Assembly: GCA_041170435.1 (NCBI GenBank)
Contig: JBEAYU010000056.1
Location: forward strand, 12,272-76,271
Length of the DNA stretch: 64,000 nucleotides
Reading direction: 5' to 3'
Origin: Bacteroidota bacterium
GTDB taxonomy: Bacteria > Bacteroidota > Ignavibacteria > Kapaibacteriales > Kapaibacteriaceae
Shown: positions 28,682 to 41,927 of the stretch, piece by piece
Numbering within the stretch: the first letter of the stretch is position 1
Layout of the letters: the number at the start of each line of letters is the position of its first letter
Position numbers and translations under genes: made by a program
The notes under the pieces: generated by a model
The model's database searches: none
Seen by the model: the letters and a program-made list of their open reading frames with translations, nothing else
Told to the model about the DNA's origin: nothing

Positions 28682-29835
28682 GATCGACCGTCGCCATGAT
28701 CGATCTCGACGCACTGGAGTGGAATGTCGGTCGGGTTCGTGCACGCGCCGCCGGACGTGCTGTGCTTGGCATGGTAAAGGCCAATGCGTACGGGCATGGG
28801 ATGATCGAGATTGCCCGTGTTCTCGACGAGCTCGGACTCGAAGTGCTCGGAACGGCCTTCGTGGATGAGGCCGTTGCCCTGCGTAGCGCGGGTATCACCC
28901 GTCCCATCCTTGTGTTGACGCCGGTTGAGTCTCACGAGATCGAGTCCGTGGTCGAGCACGGCCTGACAATCGTTGCCTGTGATCTCGATCAGATCCGTGC
29001 GCTCTCGGCGCTCGCACAGGAGCGAGGATCGCCTGCGGCAGTGCATTTATACATCGACACCGGCATGCTGCGCGAGGGATTTCGTCCGCATGAAGCACTT
29101 GAGGCATCCCGCGTTCTGCGTCAGCTCCCGGGAATCGTTCTCGAGGGGCTCTGCACGCATTTTGCCACAGCCGACGAGGCCGACAGTGCGTTTCTGCGCG
29201 AGCAGTTATCCACCTTTGAACAAACTCATCGGCAACTCGTCGATGACGGATGTAGCTTTGTCTGGGTTCACGCGGCGAACACCGGCGCTCTCTGGCAGTC
29301 GACCGATACGCACTACACGTTAGTGCGTCCGGGCATTTCGATCTATGGTTACGATCATGCTCTCGGTGGCGAGATGACGCTGCGTCCGGTGATGTCAGTG
29401 CGGTCACGAGTTGTTTCACGGCGGCAAGCCTGGCCCGGTGACACGGTCAGTTACGGACGTCGTCACATGGTCAGCAAAGAGACAACGATCGTTACCGTGC
29501 CGATCGGCTATGGTGATGGATATCTCAGGGGGCTTTCCGGTCATGCCGAATGCTTGATCGGTGGCCGTCGATGTCCGGTGGTTGGCAGTGTCTGTATGGA
29601 TGAGTTGATGGTCGACGTTGGCGACCAGCCGGTGGTGATAGGCCAAGAGGTGGTGCTTCTCGGCATGCAGACGAGTCACGACGAGCACGTCGAAAGCATC
29701 GATGCGGTCGAGCTTGCCAACTGGGCAGGTACGATCCCATACGAGATCACCACAGCCATCTCACAGCGTGTCCCGCGCATTTATGTCGGCCGTCTTGCGC
29801 ATCGAGCGCAGGGGGCCACTCAGGAGTTCGTGTAG
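28678..29835 (+). CDS. alr: alanine racemase
   Basis: PLP-binding MVKANAYGHG motif near the N-terminus; 385 aa; 4-nt overlap with the asparaginase gene. Confidence 0.9.
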   Translation: MRSTVAMIDLDALEWNVGRVRARAAGRAVLGMVKANAYGHGMIEIARVLDELGLEVLGTAFVDEAVALRSAGITRPILVLTPVESHEIESVVEHGLTIVACDLDQIRALSALAQERGSPAAVHLYIDTGMLREGFRPHEALEASRVLRQLPGIVLEGLCTHFATADEADSAFLREQLSTFEQTHRQLVDDGCSFVWVHAANTGALWQSTDTHYTLVRPGISIYGYDHALGGEMTLRPVMSVRSRVVSRRQAWPGDTVSYGRRHMVSKETTIVTVPIGYGDGYLRGLSGHAECLIGGRRCPVVGSVCMDELMVDVGDQPVVIGQEVVLLGMQTSHDEHVESIDAVELANWAGTIPYEITTAISQRVPRIYVGRLAHRAQGATQEFV

Positions 29836-29839
29836 ATCC

Positions 29840-30631
29840 ATGTACAACGTTCGTCTCCAAAACTTCGAGGGTCCGCTCGACCTGTTGCTGTTCTTCATCA
29901 AGCGCGATGAGCTGGACATTTACGACATTCCGATCGCATCGATCACACAGGAGTTCCTTGACTACGTCAAGGTGCTTGAGATCCTTGATTTGGAATTGGC
30001 TGGTGACTTCGTCGTGATGGCGTCGATGCTTGTGCAGATCAAGGCTCAAATGCTGCTTCCACGTCAGGAATCGGCAGCCACCGCCTTGGGTGAGATCGAT
30101 GATTCGGACCCGAGAGCCGAACTCGTTCGCCGACTTCTCGAGTACAAGCGCTATCGCGAGGCATCCGAGTCGCTGATGATCTCGGCCGAAAATCAGCGCT
30201 ATGTTCTGTACAGGCAGATCTTCGAGGCCGAAGAGATCCATGCATCTGAGTCGGGTGCCTACCGCAACGCGACGTTGTTCGACTTGTTGAAGGCCCTGAA
30301 GAGGGCCATAGACAAGGCACCGGATCAGGACGATCCACACGTGGTGACCCGGTTCCCGGTCACCGTGGAGGAGAAGTCAAGCGAGATCATGCACGTACTA
30401 CGGTCGTCAACTTCGACGACGCTGTTTCGACTTGTGCAGGGTCTGACGAAGTTGCACATCGTTGTCACGTTTCTTGCCCTGTTAGAGCTTGCAAAGAACC
30501 AGTTGATTCTGATTCGACAGGACGAGAGGCATGACGACATTGTCATTGTTGAACGCAAGAACGATGAACCCGTTGCGAGTGACGCCGATGGATCGGATGT
30601 CCACAACGGGGAAGAGGAAAAAGGATCATGA
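29840..30631 (+). CDS. scpA: segregation and condensation protein A
   Basis: The internal ATG at 29840 of ORF 29702..30631 begins MYNVRLQNFEGPLDLLLFFIKRDELDIYDIPIASIT, the canonical ScpA N-terminus. Confidence 0.85.
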   Translation: MYNVRLQNFEGPLDLLLFFIKRDELDIYDIPIASITQEFLDYVKVLEILDLELAGDFVVMASMLVQIKAQMLLPRQESAATALGEIDDSDPRAELVRRLLEYKRYREASESLMISAENQRYVLYRQIFEAEEIHASESGAYRNATLFDLLKALKRAIDKAPDQDDPHVVTRFPVTVEEKSSEIMHVLRSSTSTTLFRLVQGLTKLHIVVTFLALLELAKNQLILIRQDERHDDIVIVERKNDEPVASDADGSDVHNGEEEKGS

Positions 30632-31605
30632 CCGATATCGAACAAGAAGCATTTGAGCGTGACATATCGACGCGCGAGTTGCCGTACTTCTTTACGCTCG
30701 ATCGCACTGAACAGTGCGGTGCTCTGGAGGCGTTGATCTTTGCTAGCGAGGAGCCCCTTACCACTCGTGCGCTGCATCGGATATTGGTCCAGGAAGACCC
30801 ATCACAGCAGTCCCCAGGGCAGCAGTCCCTCCCGCTTGAGGGAGAATCCGAACCCGAACGGCCGTCGGTGCCCGTGCCATCGTTTGATGTGCCGAAGGGT
30901 TTCTTCGATGAGCTGGTTGAGGAGATCAACGACGATCTGGTGCGTGGTAATCGCCCGTATCGCATTGTGAAGATCGCCGGAGGATTTCAGTTTGCAACGA
31001 CTCCTCAGCACGGTGTGCTTGTTCAGCGACTGCTCAAGGCCAAGAACAGGCGCAGGCTCACACAGGCCGCACTTGAAACGGTAGCCATCATCGCCTATCG
31101 TCAGCCAATCACAAAGGGGGAGATCGACGCGATCCGCGGAGTGAATTCCGGCGAAGTGGTGAACTCACTTGTTGAGAAGCAACTCGTTGCGATGGTGGGT
31201 CGATCAGAGGTGCCCGGCAAGCCCCTTCTCTACGGAACGACAGAGGAGTTTCTGCGGGTCTTCGGCTTGAATTCTCTGGCCGACCTCCCCAAGCTCCGTG
31301 AGATCGACGATCTGCTGAAGACCACGACGACGATGATCGATATGGAAGACAGCGTTTCGATCCAGACCGATCATCGGACGCTGCGAAAGCAACTGGCGAT
31401 GCTGCTGGAAACGAATCAGGCTGCCAGCGAAACCGAGAGCGCAGCAAGCTCAGAGGCAACCTCAGGAGCATACTGGCAGTCAAGCTCCGAGGAGCTCGAG
31501 GTGGATTCCGAGGAACGTCACGAAGGGGTGGAGCAAGAGCCGGACGTGAGTCTGCCCGGCGACGAGCCCGTGTCAGACGCTCCGGATGACGAGCCTACGT
31601 CGTGA
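30628..31605 (+). CDS. scpB: segregation and condensation protein B with an extended acidic C-terminal tail
   Basis: LEALIFASEEPL winged-helix N-terminus and IAYRQPITKGEIDAIRGVNSGEVVNSLVEKQLV second winged helix. Long low-complexity insert and a D/E-rich C-terminus. Confidence 0.8.
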   Translation: MTDIEQEAFERDISTRELPYFFTLDRTEQCGALEALIFASEEPLTTRALHRILVQEDPSQQSPGQQSLPLEGESEPERPSVPVPSFDVPKGFFDELVEEINDDLVRGNRPYRIVKIAGGFQFATTPQHGVLVQRLLKAKNRRRLTQAALETVAIIAYRQPITKGEIDAIRGVNSGEVVNSLVEKQLVAMVGRSEVPGKPLLYGTTEEFLRVFGLNSLADLPKLREIDDLLKTTTTMIDMEDSVSIQTDHRTLRKQLAMLLETNQAASETESAASSEATSGAYWQSSSEELEVDSEERHEGVEQEPDVSLPGDEPVSDAPDDEPTS

Positions 31606-32362
31606 TCACTAACCCGTCGTAGCAGAATTCGACGCCGCGAGGCAACTTCTCCGAATCGACACTGTGACGGATCTGATGTGCGATATGCGTCAGATATGCC
31701 CGCTTCGGGGACAGGCGATCAATGATGGCCAGAGACTCTTCGATGGTGAAGTGGGTTGGATGTGGTTCCCACCGCAGGCCATCGATGATCAACACATCCA
31801 GCCCCATAAGCAGATCAAGTGATTCACGCGAAATGTGATTGGTATCGGTGCAGTAGGCCATTGCACCGAAGCGGTAGCCGTTGACGCGCAGGTTCTGACC
31901 ATGAGTCATGGGGATCGGCGTGATGTCGATGTCGCCCACACGAAACGTGTCGCGATCGATCTCGTGAAGCTCAACATTCGGGATCGAAGCACCGGTCGAT
32001 TCGACCAGACCGAAGGCATATGGGAACGTTGACCGAAGCACGCTGATGGTTTCGCGCATGGCGTAGATCGGCACGGCGCTGCGGCGTCGGAATGCATACG
32101 GACGCAGATCATCGAATCCACCGATGTGGTCGAAATGATGATGGGTGTAAACGACGGCATCAAGGTCCAAGACGCCATGGGATAGCATCTGGTAGCGAAA
32201 GTCAGAAGAGGTGTCGATCACCAGACGAGTGGTCTGGCTTTCCACCAACAACGATGTCCTGAGGCGCTTGTCTCTCGGGTCGTCACTCGTGCACGTCTCA
32301 CATTCGCAGGCCACCGTCGGCACGCCCGTCGAGGTGCCGCTTCCGAGCACGGTGAAGCGCAT
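31595..32362 (-). CDS. MBL-fold metallo-hydrolase
   Basis: YTHHHFDHIGG zinc-binding motif. 255 aa. Confidence 0.75.
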   Translation of the reverse strand: MRFTVLGSGTSTGVPTVACECETCTSDDPRDKRLRTSLLVESQTTRLVIDTSSDFRYQMLSHGVLDLDAVVYTHHHFDHIGGFDDLRPYAFRRRSAVPIYAMRETISVLRSTFPYAFGLVESTGASIPNVELHEIDRDTFRVGDIDITPIPMTHGQNLRVNGYRFGAMAYCTDTNHISRESLDLLMGLDVLIIDGLRWEPHPTHFTIEESLAIIDRLSPKRAYLTHIAHQIRHSVDSEKLPRGVEFCYDGLVITT

Positions 32363-33240
32363 CAGACGTGGCGTTCGGCGTGGTAGGAGCTCCGCACGAG
32401 GGGGCCGGATTCCACGATGTTGAATCCCATCTTGAGTCCCTCAACCTCGTAGTGTTTGAACTCGTCCGGGTGAACAAATCTGTCCACCGGAAGATGATTC
32501 TTCGTTGGCTGCAGGTATTGTCCGAGCGTGAGAACATCGACATTCACCTTCGCCAGTTCTACCATGGTTTCAAGGATCTCCGTGGGAGTCTCTCCAAGTC
32601 CAAGCATGATGCCGGTCTTCGTGCGCATGCCACGTTGCTTTGACTCCCTCAGCACGTCCAGCGTCCAGCTGAACCGACCCTGTGGACGCACGTGACGGTA
32701 CAGGCGGGGAACGGTCTCGGTGTTGTGGTTGAGAACATCCGGACGTGCGTCGATCACGCGCTGCAGGTTGTCGAGATTCCCCTTGAAGTCCGGAATGAGA
32801 ACCTCAATGGTGGTCTGTGGTGCTGCCTCGCGAACGGCCAGAATGGTCTCAGCCCAGATCATCGAACCGCCATCCTTGAGTTCGTCGCGATTTACCGACG
32901 TGATGACTGCGTGCTTGAGGTTCATTGACGCGACGGCTTCCGCAACGCGCCGTGGCTCATCATGATCGACTGGTAGGGGGCGTCCTGTCTTTACGGCGCA
33001 GAAGCCGCATGACCGCGTGCAGGTATCGCCATGTATCATGAACGTGGCCGTTCCGGCATTCCAACATTCGGTGATGTTCGGACAACGTGCTTCCTCACAG
33101 ACGGTGTGTAGGGCCTTGGAGCGCATCATGGATTTGACGCGGGCGTAGTCCTCACCGCCGGGCGCACGCACTTTCAGCCACTCGGGACGTCGGCCAGTGG
33201 AAGATTCGGGGATCGTGATGACGGGTAGTTCGAAGTTCAT
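32362..33240 (-). CDS. lipA: lipoyl synthase
   Basis: CEEARCPNITECW auxiliary cluster and CTRSCGFCAV radical-SAM CxxxCxxC motif. Confidence 0.95.
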   Translation of the reverse strand: MNFELPVITIPESSTGRRPEWLKVRAPGGEDYARVKSMMRSKALHTVCEEARCPNITECWNAGTATFMIHGDTCTRSCGFCAVKTGRPLPVDHDEPRRVAEAVASMNLKHAVITSVNRDELKDGGSMIWAETILAVREAAPQTTIEVLIPDFKGNLDNLQRVIDARPDVLNHNTETVPRLYRHVRPQGRFSWTLDVLRESKQRGMRTKTGIMLGLGETPTEILETMVELAKVNVDVLTLGQYLQPTKNHLPVDRFVHPDEFKHYEVEGLKMGFNIVESGPLVRSSYHAERHV

Positions 33241-33264
33241 GACGGAAGTAAAGTACGATGGCTG

Positions 33265-33771
33265 TCAGGGGGCGGAAAGTCCGGGTCGGATTCGCTTGAC
33301 GATCGGACGGATTGCTTCGAGAAACGTTGTCGGAGACTTGTAGATGTCCTTGGCTTGGTTTGTTGCGTCGGCCATCATCGATTCCATGTCGTACACGTAA
33401 CAGTTGATCAGCACGCGTTCTCCTCGGAGCTGGAAGTTGCCTTGAACAGCTTTCCGGGCTCCAAGATTCCGCACAGCCTTCCACATATCTGATTCGTACT
33501 GGGGATTGTTTGGGTCCAGGTTCAGGTCTGCCAGGGCAAGCTCGACGCTGTCGGACGGCACGATGACGTATTCGCGTGCCTCTGGGTCAGCTTCGACCAG
33601 GGCCGACCGAAGCGAATCGGCGAACTGATAGTTCCACGCATTGTACTTGATGTCATGCGACATATTCCGAAACGGCAGAACGACCACGCGCACCTGCGCA
33701 GAGAGGTCGGAGCCGACCAAGAGAAGAACCGCAAGCAGAATGTGACGAATGCGCATCGGGAGGGTCCTCAC
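33265..33771 (-). CDS. hypothetical secreted protein
   Basis: N-terminal signal peptide (ILLAVLLLVGSDLSAQ). No recognisable motif. Confidence 0.45.
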   Translation of the reverse strand: MRTLPMRIRHILLAVLLLVGSDLSAQVRVVVLPFRNMSHDIKYNAWNYQFADSLRSALVEADPEAREYVIVPSDSVELALADLNLDPNNPQYESDMWKAVRNLGARKAVQGNFQLRGERVLINCYVYDMESMMADATNQAKDIYKSPTTFLEAIRPIVKRIRPGLSAP

Positions 33772-33826
33772 AACGGTTGTGTGTTGGCAGTCGGCAAAAC
33801 TATGGATGATCGATCAATCGTAGTAC

Positions 33827-34268
33827 GGAGATCCCTGTAAGCCGAATTCTGTCTTCCTCGCGACGCGAGGGAGGCAACCATTTATCTGGGATCGATGTCG
33901 CCACCGACCTCAAGCAACCTACCCGAGCGCTGTTCGCCCCCTTACGAGGACGATGAACGACGAACAGCCGATCGCCGCCCGAAGGCAGCCGGCGCTCTGC
34001 TTGGTCTTGCTCCGTGCGGGGTTTGCCGAGCCAGACGGTCACCCGTCTGCCGGTGGGCTCTTACCCCACCATTTCACCCTTACCTGTGCCTGTGCGTGCA
34101 CGGGCCATCGGCGGTATCTTTCTGTTGCACTTTCCGTTGCCTTGGACGGCACCCCAAGGGGCATCGCACTTGACACCTTCCCGTTAGGAAGCGCACTGTT
34201 CTGTGGAGTTCGGACTTTCCTCCGCAACAGCCTGTGAGGGCGGAAGCGGTGGTTGCCCGGGATCCCCG
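33827..34268 (-). ncRNA. rnpB: RNase P RNA (bacterial type A)
   Basis: The minus-strand transcript contains GGAGGAAAGUCCGAACUCCACAG (P4 5' strand), GGGUAAGAGCCCACC (the GGUAAGAGCGCACC universal block) and a 3' ...ACAGAAUUCGGCUUACAGG (P4 3' strand). A GGGAUCCC/GGGAUCUCC P1 pairing defines the ends. End coordinates are approximate (±5 nt). Confidence 0.85.
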
Positions 34269-34289
34269 ACTACGATTCAGTTGTGATGG

Positions 34290-35033
34290 TTACTCAGCAG
34301 CTTCGAGAAGCTGCTCGATGTCAACGGCGACGTCTTCCATGAAGAGAATGCGTCCGCAGTTCTCGCAGGTATAGAGCTTGTCGCGTTGATACTTCATTTC
34401 CATGATCCGCTGCGATGGAATCGCCGAGTAGCAGCCGCTGCATGAGTTGCGCCGAAGAGCCACGGCAGCTTCGCTGTGAAACGTTCTGATCCGCTCGTAT
34501 TCGGCCTCGAGAGCATCGTCGAGCTTGGCAATGATCTTCAGGCGCAGAGCAATGAACTTTCTCAGGTCGTCATTTTGATCACCGGAGAGCACTTCCAGGG
34601 CTTTCTCTTTGTCCACCAACTTGGCATGCACTTCATCGAGCTCGGCTTGCTGCTGCTGGAGCGTTGCATTGAGGTTCTCCTCGGTCACTCCTGAGGTACG
34701 GAGCCTCTCATCAAGATCGATGCGTTCCTGCTTGAGGTGCTCGATCTCCTTCGTGATGGCATCAAACTCACGGTTGTTTTTCACCTGAAACTGCTGCTGC
34801 GCAAGGCGCTGCTCCTTATCGTGATTCTCCTGGATCGTCACGTGAGCGGTACTGCGCAGATGATGGATGTCTGCGATGGCCTGCTTGGTGACCTCGACGG
34901 CCTCCTGCTTGGCACGAACCACTTTCTCGATCTTCTTGACCTCGTTCGGGAGATCACCGAGTTCATCATGGAGCTCGTCGAGTTCAGCATCGACAGCTGC
35001 CAGTTGGGCCAGAAGTTGGAGTTGTTCTTCCAT
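34290..35033 (-). CDS. COG1579-type zinc-ribbon/coiled-coil protein
   Basis: Long coiled-coil and a C-terminal C4 zinc ribbon CSGCY...CENCGRIL. It is the conserved partner of the Nif3 gene immediately upstream. Confidence 0.75.
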   Translation of the reverse strand: MEEQLQLLAQLAAVDAELDELHDELGDLPNEVKKIEKVVRAKQEAVEVTKQAIADIHHLRSTAHVTIQENHDKEQRLAQQQFQVKNNREFDAITKEIEHLKQERIDLDERLRTSGVTEENLNATLQQQQAELDEVHAKLVDKEKALEVLSGDQNDDLRKFIALRLKIIAKLDDALEAEYERIRTFHSEAAVALRRNSCSGCYSAIPSQRIMEMKYQRDKLYTCENCGRILFMEDVAVDIEQLLEAAE

Positions 35034-35055
35034 GCATGCTCCGCAGTAAAAGATG

Positions 35056-35883
35056 TTACAAAACTGAAACGAATGTGTTGTCGATCGGTGAAGCGGTCGA
35101 GCGATGCTCGACCGGGTTTGTCACAACGCTGCTGGATCTGATGTCGCAATCGGACAGCTGCGTCCGAAGAACGTCGGCAATGCCTTGTGCCACGAACTGC
35201 TCCATCTCGTAATGTCCCGGATCGACCAGACCGATGACGTTCCGGGCGGCGTGGAAGGCGTGATACTTGACGTCGGCCGTAATGAAGACGTCGGCCCTGC
35301 CAACAACGGCATCGAAAAAGGACATCCCGCTTCCGGCAACAAGTGCGACCCTACGCACGCGGCTGCTGGCAGGGGGCGAGTATCGCACGGGCGATCCGCA
35401 GACCGACGAGATCCTTTCGAGAAGCTCATCAAACCCCAGGTCACACGAAGCAAAAAGCCCCATACCGACCTCGCCGCCACCAGGTACGGTCACCCCTTGG
35501 CATGGAACTATGGTGCCCTCCGGCGCGAGCTTCAAGCGTTCGGCAAGCAGTCGATTCGTTCCTCGTGGGTGGGCATCAAAGGCGGTATGAACGCAGTAGA
35601 CGCTGATGTTGGTGCGAATGCATCGGGAGACCAGACGCGTGACGCGGTCGCTCTCATCGAGCCTCAGCAGTGGAGTGTAAATCAGCGGATGGAATGTTAC
35701 GATGACGTTGGCTTCGAGCGCCGTTGCCTCGTCGATCACCTCGTCGGTGATCTCCATACAGGTCAGCACAGGACCGACCATTGGGGATGTACTCCGGACC
35801 TGTAGACCGACATTATCGCCGGACATTGCACTTTCCAGGGGGAATGTGCGTTTGAGTGCCTTCTGGAAGTCATCAAGAGTCAT
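35056..35883 (-). CDS. Nif3-family dinuclear metal centre protein (YqfO/YbgI)
   Basis: N-terminal SGDNVGLQV and the conserved His/Glu metal ligands spread over 275 aa, typical of Nif3. Confidence 0.8.
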   Translation of the reverse strand: MTLDDFQKALKRTFPLESAMSGDNVGLQVRSTSPMVGPVLTCMEITDEVIDEATALEANVIVTFHPLIYTPLLRLDESDRVTRLVSRCIRTNISVYCVHTAFDAHPRGTNRLLAERLKLAPEGTIVPCQGVTVPGGGEVGMGLFASCDLGFDELLERISSVCGSPVRYSPPASSRVRRVALVAGSGMSFFDAVVGRADVFITADVKYHAFHAARNVIGLVDPGHYEMEQFVAQGIADVLRTQLSDCDIRSSSVVTNPVEHRSTASPIDNTFVSVL

Positions 35884-35949
35884 CAGCGGCTAAACTACGG
35901 AAAATGAAAGGATTAGCAATGTTATCCACACTGACCGCATCGTAGATTA

Positions 35950-36726
35950 GTGGCCATCCGCTCACACATACATCATGAAATGATAGCCTTCTGGCACAAA
36001 ATGTTGCTCATTCTAGCTGTCCTTCTAATCGGGCTTGGCAGCGCCCGTGCGCAGGTCACAGGCGATGATCTTCCGGCAACGGACACGACGATCGTGTTCC
36101 GTCCTGTGCGCCCCCTGATGGAGGATGTTACCAACCAGGCTGTGGCATACAACAGCGCCGGGGCGAATCTGCTCTTGTCAGGGAGTGGTTGGGCGTTTGG
36201 TGGTTTTTACGGAATTGAACTTGGCAGTGGGATCACCCTCGGTATCGATGCATTCATCACCGGCCGCCGTAACACGGACGAGTTCGACAATGCGCTTCTC
36301 AATGGTGTTATCCCCGTCGTAGCGGAAAAGGTCAACCGTCTCTTCATGATCCCTGTCACGGTCTCTTTGCACTATCGACTGTTTCGCGAGTCGCTGCAGG
36401 AAACGTTTCGTCCATTCGTTGCCTTTGGTGCCACGGCGGGCAACATCATTCGAACGCCGTACATCGACGAAGGGGACTTTTACAATCCTCCGAGATTCTT
36501 TGAGTTCTTCGAGTCGTTCGGCTACGCCGAAACATATCTGCGTCCCGGGATCATGATCGGCATGGGCGCCGTCTTCGGTCCGGTTGGCAAGGGTAATCAG
36601 GTTGGCGTGAACATCAGATACTACACGATTCCCTTCGGTGGGGAAGGCCTTGAGAGCATTCGGGGTAAGCCGATCACCGATTTTGGTGGACTGATCATCT
36701 CGCTGTCCATTGGTGCGGCATGGTAG
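35950..36726 (+). CDS. hypothetical outer-membrane beta-barrel-like protein
   Basis: Signal peptide (LLILAVLLIGLGSARAQ), alternating aromatic/glycine-rich strands and a C-terminal ...LSIGAAW. No catalytic motif. Confidence 0.5.
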   Translation: MAIRSHIHHEMIAFWHKMLLILAVLLIGLGSARAQVTGDDLPATDTTIVFRPVRPLMEDVTNQAVAYNSAGANLLLSGSGWAFGGFYGIELGSGITLGIDAFITGRRNTDEFDNALLNGVIPVVAEKVNRLFMIPVTVSLHYRLFRESLQETFRPFVAFGATAGNIIRTPYIDEGDFYNPPRFFEFFESFGYAETYLRPGIMIGMGAVFGPVGKGNQVGVNIRYYTIPFGGEGLESIRGKPITDFGGLIISLSIGAAW

Positions 36727-37414
36727 AGGATCCTTCGCAGGACATTCATGCCTTCCGTGCCATCGGATACGTCCGCACTTCACACGCCAAGCCATATGAA
36801 GCTCCGAGGCAAGCCAACTGGGACGGGCACCATGTGGAAGCGGTGATTGAGCTCAATCCACATGAGAATTTCGAACAGGCAGTAGGTGATCTCGATGGAT
36901 GCGAGCGCATATGGTTGTTGACGGTGTTCGATCGGGTTGAAAACTGGAAGCCACGCGTGCTGCCTCCGCGCGGACGCGTAAAGAGAGGGGTGTTTGCTAC
37001 CCGTTCGCCGCATCGCCCGAACCCGATCGGACTCACGTGTGTGCGCCTTCTGAGGGTTGAAGGGCGGCGCCTCGTGGTTGAAGATACCGACCTGCTTGAT
37101 GGTACTCCGGTCCTCGACATCAAGCCATATCTGGCCTATGCTGATGCATTCCCGGAAAGCCGGTTGCCGTGGGTTGATGAAGAGAGCTCACGGGGCTATC
37201 TCGTGGAATGGGCGTGTCCGATCGAATCCATTCCCGATGAAGAGCGTCGGTATGCTGAGCGCGTGCTCTCAGCCGATCCGTTGCCGCACCCGTATCGTCG
37301 CATCAGGAAAGCGGACGCTGTCGACTACGTGCTATCGATCCGACGCGCGCGGTTCCGCTACCGCATCAATGATGACACCGTTTCCATCCTTGATTACACC
37401 GTAGATTTGCCGGA

Positions 37415-37418
<4 letters not shown>
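36720..37418 (+). CDS. tsaA: tRNA (adenine37-N6)-methyltransferase TsaA/YaeB family
   Basis: [37 protein letters not shown] motif of the TsaA beta-barrel SAM-binding domain, plus a C-terminal extension. Confidence 0.8.
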
Positions 37419-41083
<3,665 letters not shown>

Positions 41084-41086
41084 CTG

Positions 41087-41680
41087 ATGGACCTCGCAGA
41101 GCGTCCGTGCGTTGCCATTTTGGGCAGCGGCACAGGGTCGAATGCCCGTGCACTCGTGGAGTATTCTCTCGGCGCGAGCGCCTGTTATCGTGTTGATCTC
41201 GTCATTGCTAGCCGATCGGATGCAGGCATCATCAACGTGGCACGCGACTTTGGTATTTCTTACGCAGTTTTACCGAAAGAGGCGTGGCAATCTCGACTTG
41301 AGCACGTTGTAGAGGAAGGAAACGTAGACATTCTCGCCTTGGCGGGATTCCTTCGCAAACTGCCTACCTCCATTATCCAGAGGCTTTCGGGGAGGGTTGT
41401 GAATATCCATCCGTCGCTGCTCCCGAAGTTTGGTGGGGCAGGTATGTACGGTCTGCACGTACACCGCGCCGTGCTCGCGGCCCATGAGAAGGCCACAGGT
41501 GCGACCGTTCACCTCGTCACCGACGAATACGATCAGGGGGCGATTCTCGGGCAGGATACCACTGACGTACTCCCGGATGAAGCCCCTGAGAGCCTGCAGG
41601 AGAGGGTCAAGCGTCTTGAACATCGTCTCTACCCAAGGGTTCTCGACGAGTTTGCACGAGTATTCGTATCCCGGCAATAG
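41087..41680 (+). CDS. purN: phosphoribosylglycinamide formyltransferase
   Basis: AILGSGTGSNARAL, VVNIHPSLLPKFGG and the catalytic HxxD region (VHLVTDEYDQGAIL). Confidence 0.9.
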   Translation: MDLAERPCVAILGSGTGSNARALVEYSLGASACYRVDLVIASRSDAGIINVARDFGISYAVLPKEAWQSRLEHVVEEGNVDILALAGFLRKLPTSIIQRLSGRVVNIHPSLLPKFGGAGMYGLHVHRAVLAAHEKATGATVHLVTDEYDQGAILGQDTTDVLPDEAPESLQERVKRLEHRLYPRVLDEFARVFVSRQ

Positions 41681-41741
41681 CGGGGATGTCCGTAGCCCGA
41701 TGCTATTTCTGCCCCCCTGCCGCAGTGTGCAGAAAAAATGT

Positions 41742-41770
41742 TTGACTAATTCACCCGAATTCAGAATATT
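41742..41770 (+). promoter_or_regulatory. candidate promoter (TTGACT-N16/17-GAATATT) upstream of the giant T9SS cargo gene
   Basis: Read from the sequence. It is a sigma-70-like match only, and FCB-group promoter rules may differ. Confidence 0.3.
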
Positions 41771-41799
41771 GGTAGACGCTGGTTCCGGCGGAGTGCATT

Positions 41800-41813
41800 G
41801 TTACACGTGTAAC
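41800..41813. promoter_or_regulatory. perfect 14-bp palindrome GTTACACGTGTAAC in the 5' leader of the 41928 gene
   Basis: Read from the sequence. It lies ~30 nt downstream of the candidate promoter and ~115 nt upstream of the ATG. Confidence 0.45.
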
Positions 41814-41927
41814 TATGCGTCGAGTGCGTTGTTCATATGGCGAACTCGGTGATCCGAAAACCGCAGACGGCATCGATAAAGTGAAAACCAAACACACATA
41901 CTTCATCACAGTTTCATTGAGGTTTGC

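Noticed and set aside
33800-34237. Four overlapping ORFs (33800-34042, 33895-34173, 33953-34237, 34039-34227)
   Set aside because: They overlap the RNase P RNA gene. The open frames come from structured, GC-rich RNA sequence.
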